From Paraphysomonas bandaiensis (lineage: Eukaryota > Protista > Chrysophyceae), in the NCBI GenBank assembly GCA_965644295.1, contig CBFFRP010000297.1:1-64000 (forward strand): 64,000 bases of DNA. Reading direction: 5' to 3'. Numbering within the stretch: position 1 is the stretch's first letter; the number at the start of each line of letters is the position of its first letter. The position numbers and the translations under genes are program-made. This document shows positions 1-12,399 of the stretch, piece by piece. Under the pieces are notes generated by a model. It was given only the letters and a program-made list of their open reading frames with translations, was not told the DNA's origin and did no database searches.

Positions 1-705
1 ACTTTATTATGATTGTATACACAATTGTATGTGTTGTCATGTAACACATGTCAACAACATGATAAATTATTTCGTTCATGTCGACACTGCTCAACTTCGT
101 ATCTTGAATCGTCATGATATAATCACTAGGATTCACAGTTATAGCTATATAGCACCTTTGACTATTGACTACATGTTACTGTTTTTTCACGTGTATTTAA
201 CGTGATATTCTACAGTACTATCTTAGAAGACATACGTATTCCAACATACACTCCTCCTCAATGTAGAAACGAGTAATCGTCGTTATACTACAGCTATATA
301 TATCATCTAGTCATCTTAGGATAAAACGGATGTGAAAATCTATACAAAATACTGTGAACATTACACTTCGCTGTCTTTCTGCAATTTCATGTGGGATTCT
401 TACCTTTCTAAAAAACACACACCCTTAACCTTTCTTGAACTGCTTCTTCTGATTCTTCTCAACTTCATTTGAAATGCTCCTCTTTTTCCCCTGTGATAGT
501 TTCTTCATGGAGTTTAAAGAGCTTTTCGTAGACAACACCTTAAATATATCCATGCCATATCCTTAGTCGATACATGAATCAATCTGGCTGTAGGAAACCT
601 TCCATTTACGTGTTCCCGAACCCAGTGGTACTTTATCTGAATATATTTTGATCTTTTGTGGTAAGACTGGATTTTCTGACAGATCTTTTGCACTCTTGCT
701 GTCCA

Positions 706-3700
706 TGAAGAATGGGGGTTGGCTTCGTCAATGCGAGTCCTAGCTCTCGTAACACCACCGTATACAGCTATCCCCTACGGCGTATACACACTATACCCCT
801 ACCACTACTAAGCCATAAAGAGGACACCATGCTCTTTTGTCACATTTCCCCCGAATCTACGACCTGACCAGGTCCTAAGCACTCTCAGGCTTCATGTTCA
901 CTGCATGCACACGGCCCCTTTTTTACCATTGAACTCCGCTTCATACAATACGCCATATATCCTTTTAGTAACCGTAAATGGCCCCGGCTGTAGATTCATA
1001 GAGATCTTATATTTCATAGAGATTCTTTCGCGGATGCGAATGTTCTCACAGGACATCGCCTCCGATAAAATCGGTCCCCCACCTGGTACTCCTTATACTG
1101 TAATTGCCTCACCTTACCTCGGCCCGTTGTATCCCCTCCTGCATCTCGTAGCTCTGCCGCATATGATGAAATCCCTCTATTCATTCGTGCCCAATTCCTC
1201 CTTGTCCTCGCCGTTACTGCCGTCCATGCCGTCTCCAATGCTTCCACAAGATTCATCACCCAACTCTCATCAGTATCAGTTGCCGTCCGATCCTCCAACA
1301 TATTTCCATCTACTCCCACCATCTCCGGAGTCGATGCCTCCCTACCAAACATCATATACATAGGTGTGTAACCCGTAGCCGCAATCACTGTCGAATTGTA
1401 TAACAATTGAATAGTGGATAGGTATACGTCCCAATCCGTGTCCTGGACATTCACATATAGTGGTGTAGTTGGTCTTTCAGGGTAGCATTCATGTTCTCCA
1501 CCAGTCCATTAGATCTGGGATTCTGGGGTGTCGTGCATACCCGCGTTATCCTATACAACTTACTAATCTGTTTGTCCAATTTATTCGCGAACTCTCTTCC
1601 CCTACCACTGATCAGCATCGATGGTGCCCCAAACGCATTATAGATCTGCGTCACCAACACATGAGCTACCGTCTCTGCTCTCTTGTCGCAATTGGGAACA
1701 TCCACACATACTTTGACTTGAGATCTTTACAAACCAGAATATACTTATTCCCCCATGGTGTCTCCGGTAACTCTCCCGTGAGGTCGATATGTTGTCGTCC
1801 CATGGGCTGTTGAACCTCCGGATACTCCATTACTGGTACCTTTGGCCTGCACCTATATGCCTTCCTCAGTTTACACGCGATGCACGACCTGCAATATAGT
1901 CAGTGTGCTCCGCTTGTTGCCCTACCCAGTGATAATGTAGCTTCATTGTGCCTACTGCTCTCGTGGCTCCTACATGACCGATGCCTTCATTAAATATCCG
2001 CATACATGTCTCCCTGAGATCCCTAGGGACTACTCTCCTCCATACCTTGCGTTCCCCTATCCTCAACTGATGATGCAATACCAATGCTTCATCTACTCGG
2101 ATCATCCGATATATATCCTCATCCTAGACTTCTAGCTCCTCACCCTCCTGTATCTGTTCTATCAGTGTTTGTTCGTAATTCTGTTTCCATAACCCTAACC
2201 TCGCCCCGCTCCCTTCAATGTAGACGGCATAACTGTTACCCTATTATAACCCGTAGCTTTTTTTTATCTCTTAAAGCCCATAGCTCTCTCTCTAGTTCCC
2301 TCTCCCTCCAGTCATCCCTTTGTGGTACTTCCCTTGCCGGCCTCGTTTGTTGCTTTTCGGGCTTCTCTCTCAACGTCCTATCAGACCTTCCATATTTTCT
2401 CACATGCTTCTGCCTTTCTTCCTCTGTCATCTGTACCCCTTCCTGCCACCATCTCACTACATTGGCTCTCTTCATCTTTTCTTGAGCCTGCTCCTTATAC
2501 TGCTTTTTAGCTTCTTCAGCCTCCCTGACCTCTGCACGTCTCTTCTCCGCTCTTGCTATTGTTTTTGCTCTCTTCCTTTCCATGTCCTCCTCCGTCACTA
2601 CTCCTTTATCCCACTCCAAGTCATCTGCTGTCAGAAACTGTGGTTCTTCTCCTTTCCTCAGCAGTCTCGACACCGCGTCCGCGTCTATATGTTTGGTCCC
2701 TTGCTTATAGTGCAAATGAAAACTCATTCCAATAGATATCTCCCCTTGTACATGTACACTAGCGCGTTGTGGTCCGTATATACGCATCCACCTCGTTTGC
2801 ACAGTACCTGCTTCGTGGTACTATCCACCAACTACAGACACGGGTGGGCCATCAATCCATCCTTGAGCTGATCCACCGCATCCTCATGTACTGTACTCCA
2901 CGCTTCTGCTACATTTACTCCTTTTCTTGTTAGACCATGCAGTGGCGCCACGATACTCGCATAACCCTTGAAGAAATGCCTATAGTATAGCGTCAGCCCG
3001 TTGAAAGTTCGCACAGCTGACACGTCCTTCTTTGGATACTCCATTTCCGCAATGGCCTTCACCTTCTCTGGATTCGGATACTTTCCTTTCTCGTCAACCA
3101 TGAATCCTAGGAACGACATACTGGGGTAGTTAAGATGTACCTTCGTCACCTCTTGTGAATACCAGGTCTCTACTCTCCAGTTGTTGGAATACTTTCCCTA
3201 TGGAATACTCCCGTGAATGAACCATCACATCATCTTGATATACTAACGCCTCTTCCTGACTGTTGCATTGGAAGGTCTCGGCTACAATCCTCGCCCATTC
3301 ATTGGCGCTGCTCCGTCCTCTCCTTGCACCATCCTCGTTGGCTGTAAGTACTCATCATGAGTTCTATATGCAAACTTTGCTCTGCTTCCTTTCTCTAAAT
3401 CCACTACCCAGAATGCGTCCTTGATATCTCCTACCGAAAAATGCTTTGTCCCCTTCTTCACCTGGTCCAATAGGTCATCTATCCTCGGTAACGGGAATAC
3501 ATCTGGTTGTGTCTTCGCATTGACATCTCTGCAACCTATGGTCTGTCTGTAGAACGTGGCTACCTCCTGCTCGTTCCCACATTATTGCCTCCCTGGCGTG
3601 CTCCCCCCACTTTTCCTTAAACATCTCAATCCTATCTCGATATGGAATCAACACTAATGCCGACGCCCATGCTCCTGGCTCCGCTGGCTCCACCTTCTGT

Positions 3701-4130
3701 TCCCACCTTCCTATCCTGGCTTTCGCCTTCATGAATGCTTTCTCCATATCATTATATCTCCATAGTCTGCATAGAACCGGTTTCTCGTCTGTTGTTCTAA
3801 TACTCGTCTGATAATTTTTCAATTTCTTTGGGTTGTCTGGATCCGGATGCACTAACACATTTCCCATGCTATACATCTAGCCAATAAAATTCCGCGCTGG
3901 GTTGGTTTTCCTTCCTTATATATATAGCATATTCTTCATTTCTCTTCCCTCTTCCTCACTCTGTTCTCCCACTCTTGCCTCTGCATTTCCGCCACTGGAT
4001 CTTCGTTTTCACAACTTTCCTACTCCGAATCTAGGACCTGATAAGGTCGAGCAGGTGGCATCTCCACTTGATATCCATTTCCCCCGGGGTCCCAAATTTC
4101 CGTAGACCATAATAGTGCCATCGCAACGTC
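706..4130 (-). mobile_element. Degenerate Ty3/Gypsy LTR retrotransposon A (frameshifted RT-RNaseH-integrase, PPT, probable 3' LTR)
   Basis: Minus-strand ORF fragments: RT (WASALVLI, DIKDAFW, canonical YQDD at 3229-3240, FLGFMV..PNPEKVKAI), RNaseH end (KHIDADAVSR), integrase (GIGHVG..HYHW, TTPQNPRSNGLVE, TGYTPMYMMFGR). Polypurine tract 845-853 abuts TGTGAC at 844. Distal LTR end (~706) is a guess. Many frameshifts and stops. Confidence 0.85.
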
Positions 4131-4134
4131 ATCT

Positions 4135-4944
4135 CTATGCCATTACATCCAAAGGTTTAAATAAACGTTTGACTGCCTCAATAATATGTGTGATCCTAGC
4201 ATCAGTACACTCCAAGTATGTAGGAAATTCTGTTGGATTCATCCGTCGCAGGGTATGCCGAACCATGTCTCTTGCTCGATCTTTCAGCAAACTGTACACT
4301 GAAGGCACCGCTCTATTATAATTCCGTTTTTCATACTCAGCAATCTTCTCCATAAACGTCATGAAGCCGTCTAAAGTAATTTCCGTCAATTGGATCTTCA
4401 AGTATGAATTATCCTGTTGAGTCAATACGACCTGACTAGTCCTGTCTTCGTCGGCCTGCCTTAGCGCTTCTTGAATAGTCTGTCTCCTAACATTCCTCCT
4501 CCTAGGCTGCTCTTCCACTCTCAATACCTGCGTTGCGTTGAGCACGGCCTGTTGGACTGCGTCCTCGATTCTGGTCTGAAGTAGATCTGGGTCTATATAT
4601 TGCTGTTCATGTACTTGTCCTCCAGCTTGTTCTTCTTGCTGTTGAACTTCTTCGATTTGATGTGTTGCCTCTTCATCAATCTGGGATATCTCCCCTCCAA
4701 AATCTACTTCCGAATTAGCTGGAGTGGCTTGTCTTGTGGAACGTCGAGACTCCAGCTGCTGCAACCTTTGGTCAAACATTTCGAAATGAAGATCGATGGA
4801 CTCAAAACGCTTGTTCAGCTGCTCTTGTTGTTCAGCATACTGCTGCTTTTGCTCAGCAAACTGTTCATTTTGTTCAGCAAACCGCTGCTGAAGGAACTCC
4901 ATAATGTTCGGAACCTCTTCTTCCGAACTCATAATAGTCGACAA
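4135..4944 (-). pseudogene. Gag-like ORF, copy 1 (3'-truncated; Q/E-rich coiled-coil N-terminus)
   Basis: 269-aa ORF directly downstream of an LTR/PBS-like segment; near-identical copy at 21619-22218. Confidence 0.65.
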
Positions 4945-5064
4945 TATAAATAAACAATGTTTCTTTCTATCTGACTAAAGTATTAATACTGTAATCTTTC
5001 TGATGAGAAAGACCGTGTTTACAACGTTTTATTAATTTAAAGTGCTTCCCAAACCGAGAATACA

Positions 5065-5378
5065 CTGTCCAGAACACCAAACCGGTGAAACCGCCTCCTA
5101 ACACAAGCAAACCGCGAGTATAGAATGAATTAAAATTATGTTAAAACGTGTAAAGAAAGAAAGTGATTACGAACACTACACTAAAAGTTGCAATGAATCA
5201 TCTACAATCTACTGTATCATACTTGCAGTTATACGGGACGTATATCCCTTCAAGAATACTTAAACAGCAAGATACACAGATAAACTGAAAATAAAAGTAC
5301 AACAGCATGCTACCTAGAGTACCGCAGTATAACACCGTATAACTCCACGTATAACAGTAACTACAGGTATGCGTGACA
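5065..5378 (-). repeat. 5' LTR (~5086-5378, TGTCAC...TTTCA) with candidate primer-binding site TGGTGTTCTGGACAG (5065-5079), copy 1
   Basis: Similarity to 22342-22652 ends at the TGTCAC terminus. A TGG-initiated PBS-like motif lies between the LTR and the gag ORF. Confidence 0.7.
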
Positions 5379-6130
5379 CCTGTGGCCATGTTGTCGAGGG
5401 TGGAGTGGAATTCGTTGAGCGAGATTTGTTTCCGTAGGGCTTCCCGGATTTTTTCCGTAGTGGATGGGCCGACTTTCGTCTTGCAGAGTGTGCGGAGTCC
5501 GAGTTGTGGTGTTGGAGCGGGATGGCTGAGTTTGGGTGAAGGGGGTTATTGAGATTAGTGCCGGCTGCTTGCTCGCGCCACCAGGTGGCATCGTGGTGTA
5601 ATCTGTGGGCAGCGGGGTCCAGGCCTGTGGGGAATGCGTGATGTGCTGTGAAGTGTTTGTTTAGGGCGTCCTGTATTTCGGAGGGGATGGTGAGCGTGGC
5701 TCCATCTTCCAAAGTGAGACGAGTAAGTGCTGGTGTTTGTTTTCGCTTGAGTCCAATAATGGATTGTAGTACTTTGCCGATATTTTGAAGTTCTAGTTGC
5801 TCTTGGAGGGCGTGCGTTCTGATGGTCATCCGTTTCCTCATTTCAGAGCGGGCTCTCCCTTGGAGCATTCGCGTAAGACTGTCTCGGAGGTTGTCAAAGT
5901 CGGTGCCGGTGACGGTTGCCGCAGTCCATGTTAACATTTGCCGTGGGTCTGTCGCGGGCCGGATGATGGCAGTGGGCGGTCGATCAGGGTCCTCTGAGGC
6001 GCGGTCCAGTTCGGCGGCGCTGTGTTCCCATCTACTGATCCCTTTCCGGATGATGCTGTATAGGCAGGGGTCCGAGACCCAGGGGTGGAGGTATGCACAA
6101 ACCAGACTTGCGGGTTTGCTCCCAACAAAA
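5379..6130 (-). mobile_element. Non-LTR (LINE) retrotransposon internal fragment (region just upstream of the RT domain)
   Basis: GC-rich ORF 5314-6189 (LTRLTLEDGATLTIPSEIQDALNKHF). After a frameshift it continues ISLNEFHSTLDNMATG, which resembles the pre-RT helix of LINE ORF2. Cut by the LTR at 5378. Confidence 0.6.
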
Positions 6131-6530
6131 TATATAATAAGGTGTGAGTAAACACTTATTATTACTGTTAAATCACCCAACACGGTCAACGATATCCGCT
6201 AGATAACGCCGCGCAGTATTCCCTCTAAGAATAAAGATCGCTGTTAAGACAGTGTCAAGTAACTTAAAACAATGACATGCAAGGAATAACATATAGAATG
6301 GTACGCATCTACAGAATGAACCAAGTTCATTTTATATAACACACACCACACCGCATGCATTCTTGCATACACCGTGTATACCACACGTATTATGACAATA
6401 AAACAAAACTGAATAACAGCGTATGAAACTGAATAACTGCGCATAAAACTGAAACTACGCATAAAACTGAAATAAAACCATAGTGATAAAACTGAAAAAC
6501 AGCTAACTAAAATGAGTAACGTGATACCGT
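6130..6530. repeat. Possible LTR-like remnant with AAACTGAAA short repeats
   Basis: Abrupt composition change; several (GCAT)AAAACTGAAA units similar to a motif in the 5086-5378 LTR. No termini established. Confidence 0.25.
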
Positions 6531-6699
6531 ATTCGCTGATAGTCTACTGCTCTTATCATACTCCCTAAACTCATATAAAACTTATTGCATCTTTACTCTC
6601 TCCATATATTCCTCTTTAAGCCACACGCTTGCCATAATAGCCACCCACTATGCCTGCTTAGCAGCATCACCATGCATAGCGTCTATAGCATGCTCTTGA

Positions 6700-9600
6700 A
6701 TGGTCCTAACTCCTGCTCATCTCCATATCCAGAGCACCATTATGAAAATGCATCTCACTGAGGTATTGGGCTGTGTACATCCATAGTTCTGCACTTAACT
6801 TGAGACATTTATTTTCAGGATGTACTAGCAACATCTGAAGATCACTTCTTATGCTGTTCTGAGGATGATGCAGAGAGAATTGTGTGTACATCACGTTGAT
6901 GCTACCTAAGTCTCTCTCCATTGCCCTTATTGCCTCTACGTCATAGAACAACAGGTGCAGTCGGCTGGCTTCACATGTATTGCAAGTAGAGATACTGGGT
7001 AACGTGTTTTGAGTGTCGTGATATTAATAACTGCCTAGAGTAGCCGCATGTATGCACTTCAGTGTGAATGGCTTGTTGTAATTCCGTGACTCGTGGCTAG
7101 ATCCTTGCACTTCCTCCGTAAATAATTATCTTGTACTGTTTGCTGTCCGTCTTCTATTGTTGACTCTCTTCTTGTTGTTGAATACCCTATTTCACTACTA
7201 CACTTGCTACTATATAAACCCCCAGGGTTACACTACCTTTTTCCCTCTCTTTTTTTTTTTTGATAATAATATAACTCAGTATAAAAATAAGTCAAAATTA
7301 ATGTTGATTGACTTGGGGAAAACGTAGCGCAAAGTCGGAATCTACCAGTACCATAGTTGTCGGATCGAAGTCGCGATGTACAAAACATTTCACATGGTAG
7401 TTATCAAATCTGTATGTGGCTTTTGTCATGGGATTCTTGACAGAAATTAGCTTCTTGCTGGTTTTATGATACCAGTGAGTAAGCATAAATTGCATCACAT
7501 ATGTAACAGTGGGCGAATCTGGTAGTTGTAGAGCATCATACCAGTCATCTCCGAACACTCTGATGTCTACATACACCTCGTCACCCGGTTGAACCGTAGT
7601 TATGGACTGCTTCCTCTTCTCACTGATATATTTGGCGGCCCCATCCGTGGTATAAATAAGATGATGTAGATAAGGCTTGCTGCTACAGAATTCCTCATAG
7701 GCTATGGAATCAAATAAATCCTGGCTGTAAGGTAGCTCTCTGATATCTCCATCCTTGAAACGTACTGTAAACAACATTGTTGAACGCCGTTCTCTGTCTC
7801 CAGTGTAATATAAAATAGTGTCAATCTCATGCTGATCATGATCTCGCATAGCCATTTTATAGGCTTGTTCCCTGTCTCCTGGATACAATTTTACATCCCG
7901 TACGTCTACTTTTGTTACAACACCGATCACCAAATGCTTGCAGTCAATATCATTCTTATACTGCGATATAACCTGAAACGGTCCTAGGTATCTATGAGAC
8001 ATTTTAGGGTAAACCTTGGCCCCTTTGTCAAATAAAACAAAATCGCCCGGCTGATACTGATTCTGTCGCTGAGGAGATATGCCTTTACTGAAACGTTTGG
8101 CCTTCAACTTATCTTGATATTCTCTCGAACTGCGTTGCAACCGAGCCAGATTATCATTGAGTTTATGTAGTCTGGCGTGGGCTTTTTCTGGTACTTCGTC
8201 CATTCCCATATTGTTATACCTCTCACTCTCAGAACCAAATGTTAACTCAAAAGGCGAATACCCCGTTTCAGATGATACTTCAGAATTCAATACATGTGCC
8301 ACTGTAGGAATCCAGCTGGGGTCTTCAAATACATCTCGCTTCTCTTCATTCTCACTGTAATCAAATACTAATGCTCTTAAATGCCGGACCACTTCTCCTA
8401 TGATCCTCTCGCATCCGTTGGCATGCCTGTCCGCTATGCTGAATGTGTGTTTGACACCAATATATGAGCAAAGTTGGTCAAATAATTGGGATTTTAGATC
8501 AGGTCCTTGGTCCGATATGATTACGTCAGTATGACCAAATTGACTCCAATACTTCCATACAGTATTAGCAAGATTTATGGCAGTGACTCCCTTCACTGGT
8601 TCGAGGTAGACATGTTTTGTAAACAGATTTACCACCACGTTAATATGAGTGTAGCCTTCTTTACCGTGGGGTGTAATTTCCACTGCATCGATACCGATGG
8701 CACTACGAGCTGAAGGTGGTTTTAAACTGCGAGGTATAGCTATCAAAGCTTCTTGCATTCCGAGTCGTGTCTTAGCACAGTTGGGACATTTATTGATCAT
8801 CTCGGTGACTTCTTCAAAAGATATTCTGTGTCCCGGGCATTTCTTATTCAATTTTACCCACGTGGCATAAGCTCCTTTGTGACCTTGTCTGGCATTATGA
8901 ACTGCTTGAAAACATTCCTCTTTGGATAAATACAACGGTTCCAACTCTTCTTCCTTATCATCCGGATCCATAAAATTGTTAAGATAGATGTCTAAGTTGC
9001 CAAACATAGTTTCATCAATGTATTCCTCAATGTCCACGTCAGGAAATATACCAGCCAAATGTTGCAACTTATGTGCTCTGGAGAGCCAATCTGCTAACCA
9101 ATTTTGAGAACCTGGAATGTGTCGAATCATAAAGTTAAACGATTGTAGGTATATACGCCATCTCACAATTTTCGGTACTTCAGATGCCTCCATCCACACT
9201 AAATTGTTATGATCAGTCTCAATAATAAACTCCTTGCCCACTAAATAATATGCGAGGTTTCTGACAGCATAATAGATACCGTAGCCTTCCTGCTCTATCG
9301 TAGCCCATCGTTGTGCTTGCGTTGAGAATTTTTTCGATATAAATGCTATTGGTTGTAACTGAACAGTACCATCATCTAAAATTTTCTTCTGTAATAATAC
9401 TGCTCCTACTCCTAGCTCGCTAGCATCAGTTCTTAGGATCCATTCTAACGAATAGTCGGGATAAAATAACTCACAGGCATCTTGTAGACCCTTTATGAAT
9501 CTTCGATACTCCTCTTCATAATCATGCTTCCATGTAGATTTATCCCAGTTGAAAGTTTTCTTGGTCATGTCCGGAAGATGACCTACCAAGTCAGAATATC

Positions 9601-10022
9601 TAGGTGTGAACCCTGAGAAGAAAACTCCTTTTCCTAGTAAGCTTCTGGCCGTCTTAGTACTTGTAGGCATTGGAATATTAGCCAAAGCTTCCTTTTTGTC
9701 TGGGCTAACCTCATAAGATTTGTGTCTGCATACGTAGCCAAAGAAATTTACTTCCCGAAATCCAAGCCAACTCTTAGGCATCTTGAGTTTTACATTACGT
9801 TCAATACATCAGTCAATTATCATTTCAAACTTCTTGTATGCATCAGCGGGGTCTTTGGCTAAGATCAACATGTTGTCAAATATGACTATGGCCCAATCAC
9901 TGAAATCAGAAAACAAATCTCTTACAACCTCTTGAAGAATTCCAGTGGCTGGCGCAATACCTTCAGGCATAAACTTTGGGGCAAATTGACCCCATGGTGT
10001 TTGAATAGATAACCTCTCCGAG
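6700..10022 (-). mobile_element. Ty3/Gypsy element B, 5'-truncated (RT C-half, RNaseH, integrase, chromodomain-like, PPT, 3' LTR start)
   Basis: ORF 7298-9781 plus frameshifted RT piece 9809-10022 (IQTPWGQF..MPEGI..IVIFDNML). RNaseH RTDAS..EQE..ETDH..ADWLSR; integrase HHCC, D-D-E and GPF. PPT 7233-7261 then TGTAAC at 7232. Distal LTR boundary uncertain. Confidence 0.9.
7298..9781 (-). CDS. Gypsy pol fragment of element B (RT thumb, RNaseH, integrase, chromo-like)
   Basis: 827-aa ORF colinear with the C-terminal two thirds of the 1324-aa pol of element C. Confidence 0.85.
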   Translation of the reverse strand: MPKSWLGFREVNFFGYVCRHKSYEVSPDKKEALANIPMPTSTKTARSLLGKGVFFSGFTPRYSDLVGHLPDMTKKTFNWDKSTWKHDYEEEYRRFIKGLQDACELFYPDYSLEWILRTDASELGVGAVLLQKKILDDGTVQLQPIAFISKKFSTQAQRWATIEQEGYGIYYAVRNLAYYLVGKEFIIETDHNNLVWMEASEVPKIVRWRIYLQSFNFMIRHIPGSQNWLADWLSRAHKLQHLAGIFPDVDIEEYIDETMFGNLDIYLNNFMDPDDKEEELEPLYLSKEECFQAVHNARQGHKGAYATWVKLNKKCPGHRISFEEVTEMINKCPNCAKTRLGMQEALIAIPRSLKPPSARSAIGIDAVEITPHGKEGYTHINVVVNLFTKHVYLEPVKGVTAINLANTVWKYWSQFGHTDVIISDQGPDLKSQLFDQLCSYIGVKHTFSIADRHANGCERIIGEVVRHLRALVFDYSENEEKRDVFEDPSWIPTVAHVLNSEVSSETGYSPFELTFGSESERYNNMGMDEVPEKAHARLHKLNDNLARLQRSSREYQDKLKAKRFSKGISPQRQNQYQPGDFVLFDKGAKVYPKMSHRYLGPFQVISQYKNDIDCKHLVIGVVTKVDVRDVKLYPGDREQAYKMAMRDHDQHEIDTILYYTGDRERRSTMLFTVRFKDGDIRELPYSQDLFDSIAYEEFCSSKPYLHHLIYTTDGAAKYISEKRKQSITTVQPGDEVYVDIRVFGDDWYDALQLPDSPTVTYVMQFMLTHWYHKTSKKLISVKNPMTKATYRFDNYHVKCFVHRDFDPTTMVLVDSDFALRFPQVNQH

Positions 10023-11105
10023 ACTCGCAGTACTGGACACGCAGCGGAACCAGGCTGCCACACAAACTTCATCCCCTCAAGACCAATAACTCTCCCAAAT
10101 GCTATGTCCCATTCCACGACCGCATTCGCGAAACCGCATACGTGTGGGATAAATCCTACGCGATGGGCAGAAATCGAGCCAAGGGCAAACAAGGAGACGA
10201 ACTCACAACAGCAGCCAAATGTACAGACTGCGACCACAACTTGGACAACATGGCGCACATGCTACTCCAATGTCCGCACCCTGAGATCGCCCAAATACGT
10301 GAAAAAGCCTTCCACGCACAACAAACTCAGCTTACCAAATTCCATGAGAAACGACAACCCATCCCCTGGCTACACAATGCCCTACGTAGACTCGCGAGGG
10401 CTGCTTGGGATCCCGACACACCTCAAGTTGAGAGATACTGGACAGGCCAACTAACAGCCTCGCAACTGGCTAACGCTTTCGGCCACAACATTTCCACCTC
10501 GCTACTTGATCACCAGTTCCACAAGCTCGAAAAATCAGCCACCAAAATTCTGCTCCCTCTATACAATGGAGGACTAAACATGCTCAAAAACAGAGGCTGT
10601 AGGTTTCACAGACTCGACGCGACAACAATGACACCACCCCCGGCTAACGCCAGCTCACAACAACCTCACCACACACACTCCGCCACCAACCCGACGATCC
10701 TCCAGCTACTTAAAGTAACATCCACCCCCAGAGCCGTGCCCCCCAAGAGACCTCGTCCCCAACGCGGGCCTGCCAACCCGATCCGGAGGCAGACGACACT
10801 CATTCCCGACAGAATTCCAACCACAACTAGTGAACACAAAACCCCCGCTGCCACACATTCACAGAATGGCACGTCACCCCCCTCCCCCCGGCTCGCACAC
10901 GGAACTGGACCACCAGACACACTACCCAAAGGAAGACCACCTGACTAAACGTAAAACAAGGGATGGTTGCACCAAGGTGCTTGCAGCAATGCACAAGCAG
11001 TCCCGAGACAACTGAGCATTTCGTAATCCGTGTTATCACTAGTCTAGAATAATAGATAGCCAAATGCAACAAGTTCTCTCATGTAATAATCAGATCTTTT
11101 ATTTA
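10023..11105 (+). mobile_element. Non-LTR retrotransposon 3' end (C-terminal CCHC zinc finger, 3' UTR hairpin)
   Basis: ORF 10142-10948 with CTDC-x8-H-x4-C, ending GRPPD*. The 3' UTR carries the GNRA hairpin shared with other LINE tails (10969-10998) and ends near TAATAATCAGATCTTT. Truncates element B inside RT. Confidence 0.75.
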
Positions 11106-11356
11106 TATAGATATCCTGTATTCTATGTAGCAATGAAATACAGAATATACATGACTACAGTATAGGAGTAGCTATTACAAGTATACAAAGAAACTGAAAA
11201 ATATAGTAGCTGTTAAAGATACGATTTGTAGAACAGAATGTTGATGTTGGTGAATGACGTGGTTCCTAACTCACAGTGCTACAACATCATAAATTTACTA
11301 TATCTCCTATAATATCAATTAGTCAATATTGCACTACTAAAAGCTTAAATTAATAT

Positions 11357-11570
11357 TTCACCTTAAGAACTCAGAGCGGAAGTGGTCGCACCATGGTGCT
11401 TGCGGCGACGCACAACCAGCTTCCGTAGCGTTAAGTAGTAGGATAAAAAAAGTGTGTACTGATTAGTTACAGGTAGAGGTCTAACTAGTTTGCCTAGCAT
11501 TCATCTCTAGCTACTAAGTTGGTGCAGGTGTTTAGCGCCTATTGCTAAAATAATAAGACTTTCAATATAT
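11357..11570 (+). repeat. 5'-truncated LINE-tail/SINE-like repeat
   Basis: High similarity to 45812-46020; hairpin motif at 11388-11417; ends TAATAAGACTTTCAATATAT. Confidence 0.8.
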
Positions 11571-11664
11571 CATGAACTGAATTAGAGAGAGTATATATGT
11601 CGAAGATACATCATGATCGTCATCATAACGTCGTCATTATCAGTTACACTTTAACTATTCCGTT

Positions 11665-12399
11665 GTGCATGATAGTTATGTTCTACATATATTGTGGCTT
11701 TCAGTACGTGAGGTCCATATGCTTGCCGCCACTATCCTACCATGTACGACATGGGCACAAAATGGAAATACTCTAAGCATAGTGGGACTACCTACAGACG
11801 CACACACATACAATATCACATGGAAGATGGAGGAACTAAGAGACGCTGTCACAGACTCTTATCCACATGTTATACTGCAGGATGCGCATTACTTTCTACT
11901 GGACCCCACAGGACTTGCCACGGCCCTTGACAACGCACTGCTCGCTCTTGAAAGTAGACTCGCAACCAGTCTCCTTCCGACGGACAGCACCATATATAAT
12001 AATGTACCCGCCACAAACAAAGCTGTCAAGGTACGGCAAAGGACAACACAGAACCTCCTTGTCAGTAGACCTAGAAAGAGAACAACAAACAGCGGAGCCC
12101 CCGGACCCCACATAGTCACTAAGAAGAACCAAGGGAGACCACAAACTTGTCAAGCATCAGCCAGCCGATGCCAGCCAGCCCGCAAGGCAAAAAAGGACGT
12201 CAATTACAGTGACAGTGATCCACAGACGGAACATCCCACTGACCAAAGTACCATCAACACCCCGTCCACCAGACCACTTCCACAACTCCAAACTGCTGAT
12301 TGGGACAGGGACTATGACGTAACCCGGTTTGATAACCAGAATCACGGCTCGCAGTACAGGTATAGCACACAAACACGCAAGTGTGAAAACAATGTATAA
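11665..12399 (+). other. Unassigned 244-aa ORF inside the TE island (probable TE remnant)
   Basis: Open frame with A/C-rich coding strand; no recognisable motif. Confidence 0.25.

Noticed and set aside
410-706. Short K-rich minus-strand frame at the window start
   Set aside because: Interrupted by a stop and lacks recognisable motifs.
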